Assembly: GCA_001782045.1 (NCBI GenBank)
Contig: MFNK01000003.1
Span: 204,719-268,718 of the forward strand
Direction of reading: 5' to 3'
Length of the DNA stretch: 64,000 nt
From: Candidatus Levybacteria bacterium RIFCSPHIGHO2_01_FULL_36_15b
GTDB taxonomy: Bacteria > Patescibacteriota > Microgenomatia > Levybacterales > UBA12049
A model generated the notes under the pieces. The model searched no databases. It had not been told where the DNA came from and worked only from the letters and a program-made list of their open reading frames with translations. Positions 37,750-46,421 of this stretch are shown here, in pieces; within the stretch, counting starts at the first letter, position 1; every line of letters begins with the position of its first letter. The translations under genes were made by a program, and so were the position numbers.

Positions 37750-38944
37750 TAGTTTTTAAATTCAGTTCTGAAAGTATATGATTTACTACTTTATATTCGT
37801 CCCAAGGCTCTTCGCCTTTACCCATATTCATCGATTCCTCAGCGGCTTTTCCCGTTATAAGAACCAAATCATTTTTCTTTGCCATTTGAATACCTGCAGT
37901 AATTGCCTCTTTTCTGTCGGGAATTTTTATAATTTCTGCTTTCGGATTGTCTATTCCTGAATCAATTTCTTCAATTATCTGGCTAACTTCTTCGGTACGC
38001 GGATCCTCTGCAGTAAGAATAACAAAATCCGAGTACCTTGCGGAAGTTTCACCCAAATACGGTCTTTTTAGAGTGTCTCTTTCTCCTGCGCTTCCAAAAA
38101 TATGAATTATTTTACCCTTTACAATTGGCCTTAGACTCTTTAAAAGTTGTTCGAATGCGTTTGGAGTATGAGCAAAATCAATCATCACTCCAAACTGGCC
38201 TCTATAAACAAAATCCAATCGTCCCTTTGGAAGGCTGAATGTTTGAATTGCCTTTCCAATTTCGCTTTCCTTAATTTTTAGCAATCTACAAACTGTAACT
38301 GCAGCTAAAATATTATACTTATTAAAATCTCCTAATATTTTAAAGTTGTTTAAATTGAATTTTTCCGGATTAACTTCTGCGCTTTCAAAAAGACCATATG
38401 TAATCCACTTATCATTATCTTTTTTACTCTTCGATTCGGTTAACATAGAATAAGAGTTATCATCTTTATTTACTACAGCAATTTCCGCTTTCTTTAGCAG
38501 AATTTCTTTAGTTTTAAGATAATTGTCATAAGTTTTATGATAATCTAGGTGCTCGTTAGTAATATTTGTTAAAACGCCAATTTTAACAGGAATTCCTGTT
38601 ATTCTATTCTGATCAAGAGCATGGGAAGTTATTTCCAGAATAAAATATTTGCTTCCTGCTTTTTTTGCCATTTTAAATAGCTTTTGCAAAGTAAAGGAAC
38701 CCGGAGTCGTAACGTGAAAACCGAGTGGAATTGTTTTAGAACCAATGTTAGCTCCAAGTGTAGAAACCATAGAAGTCTTTAACCCCAACTCTTTCAAAAT
38801 GTGATAAATGAGGCTAACTGTGGTAGTTTTCCCGTCGGTTCCAGTAACGCCAATAACTACCATTCCTTTTGAGGGAAATAAAAATAGCAAATTCCAAAAA
38901 ATAGCGACAAAAAAATGGTAGACATTTTTAATTCTCTGCCACAT
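37736..38944 (-). CDS. murE: Mur ligase MurE-like (UDP-MurNAc-tripeptide synthetase) lacking the canonical N-terminal domain
   Basis: GVTGTDGKTTT P-loop at residue 32. TNITNEHLDYH...AVVNKDD and DFAHTPNAFEQLL...ILTAEDPRTEE align with E. coli MurE (TNLSRDHLDYH / VDYAHTPDALEKAL / VTDDNPRTEE). Only about 30 residues precede the P-loop, against about 110 in E. coli. Confidence 0.75.
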   Translation of the reverse strand: MWQRIKNVYHFFVAIFWNLLFLFPSKGMVVIGVTGTDGKTTTVSLIYHILKELGLKTSMVSTLGANIGSKTIPLGFHVTTPGSFTLQKLFKMAKKAGSKYFILEITSHALDQNRITGIPVKIGVLTNITNEHLDYHKTYDNYLKTKEILLKKAEIAVVNKDDNSYSMLTESKSKKDNDKWITYGLFESAEVNPEKFNLNNFKILGDFNKYNILAAVTVCRLLKIKESEIGKAIQTFSLPKGRLDFVYRGQFGVMIDFAHTPNAFEQLLKSLRPIVKGKIIHIFGSAGERDTLKRPYLGETSARYSDFVILTAEDPRTEEVSQIIEEIDSGIDNPKAEIIKIPDRKEAITAGIQMAKKNDLVLITGKAAEESMNMGKGEEPWDEYKVVNHILSELNLKTNENK

Positions 38945-38967
38945 AGTGCGTATTATATAATAAATGA

Positions 38968-39300
38968 ATGCTTGAAAACCTAACTAAAGGAAAAAGAAGT
39001 AACGTTAAGGTCGTTTTTCTAAAAGGGCTTAAAGAAAAAAGTTTGGGAGCAATTAATAAAAATTCAGATGCGGTGTTTCTAATTGAAACAAGATTTGGTA
39101 TACATACTTTTTTTATGTACCGCTTACTTGATATTGTCGTACTTGATCGCAAGGGGAAAATCGTAAAAGTAAGAGAAAGTCTTAAACCAAACAGATTATT
39201 TTTTTGGCATCCTAGATATTCATACATAATTGAAGCTCCTGCTGGTTTAATAAAAGAATTGAAATTGGATTTAGGAAACATATTGAGGTTTAGCTTATAG
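38968..39300 (+). CDS. DUF192 (COG1430) family small protein, antisense within the dcw cluster
   Basis: GIHTFFM...LDIVVLD.KGKIV...YIIEAPAGL matches the DUF192 consensus as recalled (F.F..FWM.NT.PLD..F.D..G.I...YVLE..AG). The overlapping minus-strand 117-aa ORF was rejected. Confidence 0.55.
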   Translation: MLENLTKGKRSNVKVVFLKGLKEKSLGAINKNSDAVFLIETRFGIHTFFMYRLLDIVVLDRKGKIVKVRESLKPNRLFFWHPRYSYIIEAPAGLIKELKLDLGNILRFSL

Positions 39301-40629
39301 TGTTTTATTCCTTATTTTGTCCCAAAAATCTCCTCTTCTACAAAGTTTTTCAATATCCTTTTTATCCTTAAGTAAAAGCTCGACAGCTCTTTCCAAGAAT
39401 AAGGTATTTTGCGAACCTTTAACAAGCACCATGTCTTTCGGAATTAATTGCTCTAAAATGGTTGTCTTGCTCTGGGTAAAATTTAAAAACGAAAAAACAG
39501 GAAAATCGTTTTTTTTAAGAATTGGCTCTGCATACTTTTGCATTAAAGGTCCTATTAAAATAACTATATCTAGAGTTTTTAATATTTTCCTTGCTACCTC
39601 TTCATGAAGAGCCTTACTCATACTCCCAAGCTCACGCATATCACCTATTATCCCAACTCTTCTCCTTTGTTTTCCAATTTCATGGACAAAATCTAGTAAA
39701 TCAAGAATGGGCGAAAGAGTAGCGTTGTTATAAGAAGAATCTATAATAACCGTGTCTTTAATTCCTTTAAATACGCTCATTCTGCCGGCAGGCAGAGAAA
39801 AATCGTTTTCCAAAGCTTTTATAGAGGTTTCTATTTCATTTATTTTTGTACTTGATGCTGCAATTGCAAGTACAAAAGAATAAGCGAAATGTCTGGGAAG
39901 TGGATTTTGAATCTCAATCTTGTATTTTTTTCCCTTGTATGTAAAAAGGGTTTGAAATTTATCAATATAGTTTTGTATTTGTTCAATAAAGAAATCAGCT
40001 GAAGAATCTCTTGAGGAAACAGTAAGTTTTTTGGCCAATATGGAAGAGGCTAAATCTTTAATGTTTTCATCGTCAATATTAAGCACCGCTGTGCTTTTTT
40101 CTGATAAAGAAGTAAGGAGCAATCCTTCTTGCTCTTTGGTAAGCTCAAGTATGTCTTTTTCTCTCTCTTTCTGATCAAGTTCTTCAACTAATGGATCAAA
40201 ATAAAGACTGTGTTCATAAGATATGTTAGTTAAAACACCTACATTAGGCTTAATTATCCTTAACAAATAACTCATGTTTTTGGGAGGAAGAGGACTATCT
40301 ATACCCATTTCCGCTACATAAACCTCAAATTTCTTCCAATTAAATACAAACTGTAGTGGTGCCAAAACGATAATTTTTGCCCATTCCAGTTTTGAATACC
40401 CCTTAACTGTAATCCCTAAAATATCTAATGGTATTCCTGTTTCGCTATTTTTACCCTTTCCTTGCTTGGTTTTAAATTTATTTTTAAAAATAATGTATAT
40501 AAAGTTAGACAAAGAAGTTTTACCACTAGCTCCCCCAACTCCTAAAATGTAGGGATTAAACTTTTTAAGCTGAAGCTTAGCAAAAAGCCTTAAATACCAG
40601 AGCATAACGTTAACAATAGATTTTTTCAT
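39295..40629 (-). CDS. murF: Mur ligase MurF-like (UDP-MurNAc-pentapeptide synthetase) with short N-terminus
   Basis: GVGGASGKTS P-loop at residue 32. IIDSSYNNATLS and GDMRELGSMSKALHEEV match the MurF DDSYNAN and GDMAELG motifs. 444 aa. Confidence 0.75.
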   Translation of the reverse strand: MKKSIVNVMLWYLRLFAKLQLKKFNPYILGVGGASGKTSLSNFIYIIFKNKFKTKQGKGKNSETGIPLDILGITVKGYSKLEWAKIIVLAPLQFVFNWKKFEVYVAEMGIDSPLPPKNMSYLLRIIKPNVGVLTNISYEHSLYFDPLVEELDQKEREKDILELTKEQEGLLLTSLSEKSTAVLNIDDENIKDLASSILAKKLTVSSRDSSADFFIEQIQNYIDKFQTLFTYKGKKYKIEIQNPLPRHFAYSFVLAIAASSTKINEIETSIKALENDFSLPAGRMSVFKGIKDTVIIDSSYNNATLSPILDLLDFVHEIGKQRRRVGIIGDMRELGSMSKALHEEVARKILKTLDIVILIGPLMQKYAEPILKKNDFPVFSFLNFTQSKTTILEQLIPKDMVLVKGSQNTLFLERAVELLLKDKKDIEKLCRRGDFWDKIRNKTL

Positions 40630-40645
40630 ACTATTAATTATACCC

Positions 40646-42328
40646 CTATTCCGAGCCAGGCGTTACTTTAAAATATGTCAAAAGAGATCTAGCTATGTCA
40701 AAAAATATTGGCGCTGCTGTTTCTGCGCCATAGATAGATGTTGTTGGCCTATCTACAATAATCAGCATAACAAATTTTGGATCTTCTGCAGGAGCAAAGC
40801 CTACGAACGAAGCTATAGTCTGATTAGGATCATAGTGGCCAGCGATAGGTATAGAAGCAGTTCCTGTCTTTCCGGCTATTCTGTAGCCCTTTAAGCGAGC
40901 CCAGGAAGCCTCTCCTTTATTAACCGCATTAACCATAATCTCAGTCATCATTTTTGCTGTTTCTGCTTTAATAGGAGAAACAAGAGGCTTGGGGGGTATG
41001 TTAACTATACTTCCATCTTCATTTTCTACAGCTCTAACAACGTGAGGCTCCATCCTTATTCCTCCGTTTGCTATAGAAGAAATTGCACTTAAAAGCTCAA
41101 TTGGAGTGATGGATATTCCCTGCCCAAAAGCTGTGGTAGCCAAATCCACTTGATACCAGCGCTCTTTGTCTTTAAGTACGCCCGAAACTTCGCCTTGTAA
41201 ATCTATGCCCGTATTCTTGCCTATACCAAATTTATCTAAATATAATATCGTTTTATCAAGCCCAAGCTTTTGAGATACAAACACCATTCCGGTGTTATCA
41301 GAATGCTGTATTGTTTCTATCATGTTTATGTTTGGATAATATTTATCATTCCATGTATGAATATCAAAACCCCCTATAGATATTGGACCGGAACATATAC
41401 TACATTTAGTTTCCGGTGTAACCACTTTTAAATCGAGCGCAGAAGACATAATTATCGGTTTAAAAGTAGAACCAGGCTCATACAGATCTGAAATAAATGT
41501 ATTTCTAAATAGCTCTTCTGTATAGCTGGCATAGTCTCTTGGATCGAACGTGGGAAACGAAGCAAGCGCAAGTATTTCTCCATTTTTGGGATTCATTACT
41601 CCCACCATCCCTCCTCTTGCTCCGTATTTTTCTATACCGTTTTTGAGTTTTTGTTCGGCCAGGAACTGAATAGCTCTATCAACCGATAAAATAAGGTTTT
41701 TCCCGTTTGAACCGCCTGTTGCTGTACTTAATTTTGCAAGAATAGGTCTGCCCAAGGCATCTTTTACCTGTGTTGCAATACCTTCTTCTCCTCGCAATAA
41801 TCTATCGTAATAGCCTTCTAAGCCAAAATATCCCTTATCAGTTCCGTTTTCATCTTTTCCTACAAACCCCAAAAGATGTGCAGCGACAGAGGCTTCGGGA
41901 TAAAATCTTTTATATTGTTCTATAAACCCGATTCCCGTAAGATTGAGATTTTCTATCTTATTTTTAGTATCAATGCCTATTCCTGATTGTATGGGTACCC
42001 AAAATTTGTCAAGGGCAAGCTGTGCAGAAACAGATGCAACGTCCAATTCTAAAAGAGACGATAGAGACCTAGCAGTTAATTCTTTATTTTTAACTTCCTT
42101 AGGATTTGCAAATATTTGGTACGAAATTTTATTTGTGGCAAGGGGAAAATTATCACTTGTTTTTATCTCTCCTCTTTTGGGAATTATTTTTATTGCTGTT
42201 CCATATTGCAGCTGACCTATAGCTGATAATTCAGAAGCTTTTATAACCTGCCAATAAAAAAGTCTTGATATAACTAAAAGGAAAATGAAAAGAAATGCAA
42301 GAAGAGAGAATTTATGCCTCCATGTCAT
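40646..42328 (-). CDS. ftsI: Penicillin-binding protein (class B transpeptidase, FtsI-like)
   Basis: N-terminal TM helix, PBP dimerisation region, STFKP (SxxK), HSDN (SxN) and KTGTAS (KTG) active-site triad. Confidence 0.85.
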   Translation of the reverse strand: MTWRHKFSLLAFLFIFLLVISRLFYWQVIKASELSAIGQLQYGTAIKIIPKRGEIKTSDNFPLATNKISYQIFANPKEVKNKELTARSLSSLLELDVASVSAQLALDKFWVPIQSGIGIDTKNKIENLNLTGIGFIEQYKRFYPEASVAAHLLGFVGKDENGTDKGYFGLEGYYDRLLRGEEGIATQVKDALGRPILAKLSTATGGSNGKNLILSVDRAIQFLAEQKLKNGIEKYGARGGMVGVMNPKNGEILALASFPTFDPRDYASYTEELFRNTFISDLYEPGSTFKPIIMSSALDLKVVTPETKCSICSGPISIGGFDIHTWNDKYYPNINMIETIQHSDNTGMVFVSQKLGLDKTILYLDKFGIGKNTGIDLQGEVSGVLKDKERWYQVDLATTAFGQGISITPIELLSAISSIANGGIRMEPHVVRAVENEDGSIVNIPPKPLVSPIKAETAKMMTEIMVNAVNKGEASWARLKGYRIAGKTGTASIPIAGHYDPNQTIASFVGFAPAEDPKFVMLIIVDRPTTSIYGAETAAPIFFDIARSLLTYFKVTPGSE

Positions 42329-42609
42329 TGTTTAAATGCAACCGGTCTTTGTCCTGAAATTGCAAAGTTTTTTTTGTTTTCGGAAAATCCCAGTTTTTCT
42401 GCTTTTTTTGAAATTTCCGAAAGCGAGGTTTGAGTATACAGTTTTTCGGATAAAATTGCATTCTCTGTTTCAAGCTTTGCTTTTTGGATCTCAACGTCTG
42501 ATAAAATAACACCCGATGTTGCAATATTGTTAGCCACGTAAGTTCTTATTACAGATAATATTATTACTGCTAATATTAGAACCAAAATAATAAATGTTGG
42601 TTTTTTCAT
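42325..42609 (-). CDS. ftsL: FtsL-like cell division protein
   Basis: 94 aa: short cytoplasmic N-terminus, one TM helix, coiled-coil EIQKAKLETENAILSEKL. Canonical position between rsmH and ftsI. Confidence 0.6.
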   Translation of the reverse strand: MKKPTFIILVLILAVIILSVIRTYVANNIATSGVILSDVEIQKAKLETENAILSEKLYTQTSLSEISKKAEKLGFSENKKNFAISGQRPVAFKQ

Positions 42610-43505
42610 TAATATTTTCTAAACGCCCTCAGTTTTGCACTTTTAGCTTTTGTATTTATATATAGCTCTGCCTGAGTTGCATATGTTGGTTTTTTAGTAA
42701 TAATTTCTCCAAGTCCTACTGCTTCAAATTGTTTGAATGTGTTTTTAACTATTGCGTCCTCAATTGAATGAAAGGATATAATACAAAGTACACCCCTTGA
42801 GCTAAGTAGGCTTATTGCTTGTGGCAAGGCCAGTCTAATATTTTCAATTTCGTTGTTTACTGCAATCCTTAATGCCTGAAAAATCTTTTGGCTAATTTTA
42901 TTCTTTTGAAAATCAGAAATTACACCCTTAAACCCATAGGCTTCTTTAATTGTATTAACAAGATCTTCTGTTGTTTTTATTGCATTCATACGACGGGCGC
43001 GAATAATAGCACCAGATATGGCATTTGCTCTATTTTCTTGACCAAGCTTATTAAAAATTTCATTTAATTTTTCCTTCTCTAATAAATTAACTAAATATTC
43101 CGCAGTTAAGGTCGCATCTTTATCCATTCTCATGTCTAAAGGCCCCTTCTTTAGAAAGCTAAAGCCCCTTTCGGCAGTATCGATTTGATGGCTTGATACC
43201 CCCAAATCAAAAACTATTCCGTTTATCTCATCAAACTTGTTTTTCCTAGCTATAGCCTCGATTTCAGAAAAATTTCCTTTTACAAGTTTTAATCGTGTTT
43301 CAAATCCCGAATCTAGAATTTTTTTCTTAACATACTCAATTGCCTCTTCGTCCAAATCAATTGCTAAAACTTCTCCACCCTGTTTTAGAATTTCGAAAGT
43401 ATGTCCTCCACCCCCTAGAGTCGCATCTATATATTTTCTTCCTTTTTCTACTTGCAAAAGGTCTATTACTTCATTTAAAAGAACACTTTTATGGAAATTA
43501 TCCAT
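42609..43505 (-). CDS. rsmH: 16S rRNA (cytosine1402-N4)-methyltransferase RsmH (MraW)
   Basis: HKSVLLNEVIDLL, DATLGGGGHTFEIL, DLGVSSHQID: RsmH signature. Confidence 0.9.
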   Translation of the reverse strand: MDNFHKSVLLNEVIDLLQVEKGRKYIDATLGGGGHTFEILKQGGEVLAIDLDEEAIEYVKKKILDSGFETRLKLVKGNFSEIEAIARKNKFDEINGIVFDLGVSSHQIDTAERGFSFLKKGPLDMRMDKDATLTAEYLVNLLEKEKLNEIFNKLGQENRANAISGAIIRARRMNAIKTTEDLVNTIKEAYGFKGVISDFQKNKISQKIFQALRIAVNNEIENIRLALPQAISLLSSRGVLCIISFHSIEDAIVKNTFKQFEAVGLGEIITKKPTYATQAELYINTKAKSAKLRAFRKY

Positions 43506-43938
43506 TGCCTTCTTTGTCTTTAGTTAGTCTTTTTGAAATGGCATCAATACGCTTTTCAAGTACATTTCTATACTCTAGCCATCGTTTCTTGTCCCAAATT
43601 TCAACGTACCTTGAAAGACCTATGAACACGACTTCGTCTTCAATTCTTCCAAATTCTTTAAGATAAGCTGGAAGTATAAACCTTCCTTTAGCGTCAAGTT
43701 CGACACTTGAAGCGCTCCCAAGTAAAAATCTTTGAGTTTCTCTTGTTTCGGAATGAATAAACGGTCTGCCCTCTGTACCCTCAAGTAGTGCTTTCCAGTT
43801 TTTTTCGGAAACAATAATAAGTGCGTTTTCATATCCTAGCGTTACAATTAACTTTTCTCCCAAGATTTCTCTAAATTTCTTTGGGAATGATAATCTTGCC
43901 TTAGTATCAATTTTGCTTTCATATTGTCCTAGTAACAT
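43498..43938 (-). CDS. mraZ: Transcriptional regulator MraZ
   Basis: Two tandem SpoVT/AbrB-like halves, MLLGQYESKIDTKARLSFPKKFRE and a second DAKGRFILPAYLKEF repeat. Perfect SD AGGAGG 6 nt upstream. Confidence 0.9.
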   Translation of the reverse strand: MLLGQYESKIDTKARLSFPKKFREILGEKLIVTLGYENALIIVSEKNWKALLEGTEGRPFIHSETRETQRFLLGSASSVELDAKGRFILPAYLKEFGRIEDEVVFIGLSRYVEIWDKKRWLEYRNVLEKRIDAISKRLTKDKEGNG

Positions 43939-43944
43939 TTCCTG

Positions 43945-43977
43945 CCTCCTATCCCACCTTTTCCCTTATTTTCCCAC
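43945..43977 (-). promoter_or_regulatory. mraZ leader: Shine-Dalgarno AGGAGG plus three TGGGA-like direct repeats at 10-bp period (putative MraZ operator boxes)
   Basis: Minus strand reads GTGGGAaaatAAGGGAaaagGTGGGAtAGGAGGcaggaaATG. Plus-strand TCCCAC at 43952, TCCCTT at 43962, TCCCAC at 43972. This matches the conserved MraZ-box architecture (three TGGGN repeats with 5-nt spacers) located between promoter and start codon. Confidence 0.45.
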
Positions 43978-43985
43978 TTTATATC

Positions 43986-44014
43986 ATTTTGCACGGATTT
44001 TTCACAGCTGTCAA
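43986..44014 (-). promoter_or_regulatory. Candidate Pmra promoter (TTGACA-N17-CAAAAT) for the dcw operon
   Basis: Minus-strand TTGACA (plus 44009..44014), 17-nt spacer, weak -10 CAAAAT (plus 43986..43991), about 8 nt upstream of the first MraZ box. Confidence 0.3.
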
Positions 44015-44082
44015 CAACCAAAAGGATAAAATAGTGTTTAAGAAGTTATAAAATCACTAAATGTAGACTTTTTAAGGAGTAA

Positions 44083-44544
44083 TTATTCGAAACTGTCAAG
44101 AGAAGCTTCTGATTGGTAAGTTTTTCCGTCTTTGATTAACTTTACCACAACCTTGATTTGCGAAATATCTTTGTCAGGGTGACACACATCGGAGCATGTT
44201 CCTAGATAAATTCTTTCTTTTACGGAGTTTTTGTTAAGATTAACCTTACCTACTGCCCCCCTTGGTATTTCACCAGCCATGTACGATACTTCGTATTCCA
44301 TTTCATCTATCCCCTCTGGTTTTGCAACTAATAAGTAAACTGCATTTTCTGAAACAGCTCCTTCTAGTTCTAGTCCAATTTCCTTTGCGTCTATTGAGGA
44401 GACCTGATCTTCCTCTTGAGCAATTGGGGCATTTTGTATAGGAGCTGAGCCCTTAAGAAGGAAGAATGAGCCAACAAGAATAAATATAACCAAAACAACG
44501 GCAGCTATCAAGAAATTTCTGCTTTTGAGTAGATCTTTGTTCAT
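44083..44544 (-). CDS. Hypothetical membrane-anchored extracytoplasmic protein
   Basis: 153 aa. N-terminal TM anchor LIAAVVLVIFILVGSFFLL, soluble domain with a CSDVCHPD cysteine pair. No family recognised. Confidence 0.4.
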   Translation of the reverse strand: MNKDLLKSRNFLIAAVVLVIFILVGSFFLLKGSAPIQNAPIAQEEDQVSSIDAKEIGLELEGAVSENAVYLLVAKPEGIDEMEYEVSYMAGEIPRGAVGKVNLNKNSVKERIYLGTCSDVCHPDKDISQIKVVVKLIKDGKTYQSEASLDSFE

Positions 44545-44585
44545 TTAGATTAGCATATGAGAAATATTTTTTGATGTCAAGTAGG

Positions 44586-45872
44586 TTACTGAAGTTTATT
44601 AAGAAAATGCTCAAAAAGCTCTTCAATTTTTACTCTTTTCTGCTTTGCAGTATCTCTATCGCGAACCGTAACAGTACCATCTTCTAAACTCTGAAAATCT
44701 ACTGTAACACACCATGGTGTTCCGGCTTCGTCTTGTGAAAGATAGCGCTTTCCAATATTCCCTCTGTCATCCCACGCTGTCATAAAATGTGGCTTTAAAT
44801 CATCATAAATTTTTCGAGCTTTTGAAACCAGATCTTCTTTATTTGCCAAAAGCGGAAATACTGCCACTTTTATGGGAGCAAGCTTAGGATGCAACTTCAG
44901 TAGTGTTCTATTGTCAATTTTTGAATATGAATCAAGTAAAAAGAAAAGCAGCGATCTATCTACTCCTCCAGAGGTTTCAATTACCCACGGAGTAAATTTA
45001 ACACCATTTTCCCCAATATAATTCAAGCTATGCGCAGAAAGGTCATAGTCGCCTCTGTGGTGTATCCCTTCAAATTCGCTCCAACCAAACGGAGCATTGT
45101 ATTCTATATCTTCTGCATATTTTGCATAATGAGCTCTTTCAGTATCTTCATGTTTTCTGAAACGTAAATTATCTTTATTTATTCCCAAAGATTGGTACCA
45201 TTTCATTCTTTGCTCTTTCCAGTATTCAAACCATTTATTGCCTTCTTTGTCGTTATTTTCTATAAAAAATTCAAGCTCCATTTGCTCAAATTCACGACTC
45301 CGATATGTAAAATTTCCCGGAGTTATTTCGTTTCTAAAGGCTTTACCAATTTGCGCTATACCGAATGGAATCTTAACTCTTGTCGAACTTACAACGTTTT
45401 CAAAATTAACAAAAGCTCCTTGGGTAATTTCCCCACGCAAATATACTTCTGATTGTTCACCCTCTAAAACACCAAGATAAGCCTTAACTAAAAGATTAAA
45501 ATTTTTAGGCTCTGTCCATTCCACTTTTTTTCCTTTATGAAATTCTTCGTGAGACTTAATTTCCTGTCTTTTATCGGCTCTAAATCTTTCATGACAAATC
45601 TTACACTCAACTAAAGGATCTGTAAAAGCTTTTAGGTGACCTGATTTTTCCCAAACGGTTGAGTTCATCATTACTGCAGCATCTACGCCAACGACATCGT
45701 CGCGCAGTTCTACCATAGACTTCCACCACTCTTGTTTAATATTTCTTTTAAGTAAAACTCCTAAGGGTCCATAATCCCATGTCCCCGTTAAGCCCCCATA
45801 AATTTCACTTCCCGGAAAAATAAAACCGCGTCTTTTACAGAGCGCGACTAAGCTTTGCATTTTGTCTTCCAT
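44586..45872 (-). CDS. glyQS: Glycyl-tRNA synthetase, dimeric alpha2 type
   Basis: RRGFIFPGSEIYGGL...WDYGPLG class II motif 1 region; FRNEITPG (motif 2), GGVDRSLL (motif 3 region). 428 aa single-chain type. Confidence 0.9.
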   Translation of the reverse strand: MEDKMQSLVALCKRRGFIFPGSEIYGGLTGTWDYGPLGVLLKRNIKQEWWKSMVELRDDVVGVDAAVMMNSTVWEKSGHLKAFTDPLVECKICHERFRADKRQEIKSHEEFHKGKKVEWTEPKNFNLLVKAYLGVLEGEQSEVYLRGEITQGAFVNFENVVSSTRVKIPFGIAQIGKAFRNEITPGNFTYRSREFEQMELEFFIENNDKEGNKWFEYWKEQRMKWYQSLGINKDNLRFRKHEDTERAHYAKYAEDIEYNAPFGWSEFEGIHHRGDYDLSAHSLNYIGENGVKFTPWVIETSGGVDRSLLFFLLDSYSKIDNRTLLKLHPKLAPIKVAVFPLLANKEDLVSKARKIYDDLKPHFMTAWDDRGNIGKRYLSQDEAGTPWCVTVDFQSLEDGTVTVRDRDTAKQKRVKIEELFEHFLNKLQ

Positions 45873-45884
45873 AGGGTTATTGTA

Positions 45885-46421
45885 TCAAAAAGAGGAAATA
45901 ACTTCTTTCGCTTTTAGCTTTCTTTCCAAAATACTTTCTATAAATCTATGCGTATTAAAATCTAAATCTTGCTCTATACTTGAAAATCCAAGAAGCTTTA
46001 AGAGACTTATTTCAAAATGATTTACTACAATTTTTGGATCTTTCCCCTTTTCAATATCCAAAAGAGTAGTTTTTAAAAGTTCAAAAATCTGCTGACTTTC
46101 CTGATTTTCAGCGCACAAACTATCCACTAATTCACAAATATGATATGCATATCCTATTTTTTTAAGGTCTTTTTTTAAAATACTAAAGTTTGAAAGCGTC
46201 TCGACTTCCGAAAGAGTAAACATAGATTTTCCTTTATATATACTGAATTTGGAATAATTTAAAAGTTCTATGTGTGGAGATCTGCGGCTGGTAATTTTAC
46301 GCACGCCTTTTGCCATTAAGCTTATTTTTCCGTAGTGCTTTGAAAAAACAGTAATTATTCTGTCTGCTTCAGCAAGGCTTTTTCTTTTTAGTACAATACC
46401 TTCGGTTTTGTGCGCTCTCAT
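45885..46421 (-). CDS. recO: DNA repair protein RecO (short form)
   Basis: TEGIVLKRKSLAEADRIITVFSKHYGKISLMAKGVRK matches the RecO N-terminal OB-fold consensus (EGIVL..R.FGE.DRIL..FT...GK....AKGARS). 178 aa. Confidence 0.75.
   Translation of the reverse strand: MRAHKTEGIVLKRKSLAEADRIITVFSKHYGKISLMAKGVRKITSRRSPHIELLNYSKFSIYKGKSMFTLSEVETLSNFSILKKDLKKIGYAYHICELVDSLCAENQESQQIFELLKTTLLDIEKGKDPKIVVNHFEISLLKLLGFSSIEQDLDFNTHRFIESILERKLKAKEVISSF

Noticed and set aside
38928-39281. Minus-strand 117-aa ORF overlapping the DUF192 gene
   Set aside because: The plus-strand ORF (38968..39300) carries DUF192-like conserved motifs, whereas the minus-strand translation is featureless. This is kept with moderate confidence only.
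42312-42524. 70-aa minus-strand ORF overlapping the ftsL/ftsI junction, plus many other ORFs of 100 aa or less nested in large genes
   Set aside because: They sit in alternative frames of well-supported genes and have low-complexity translations. None is supported by motifs or spacing.
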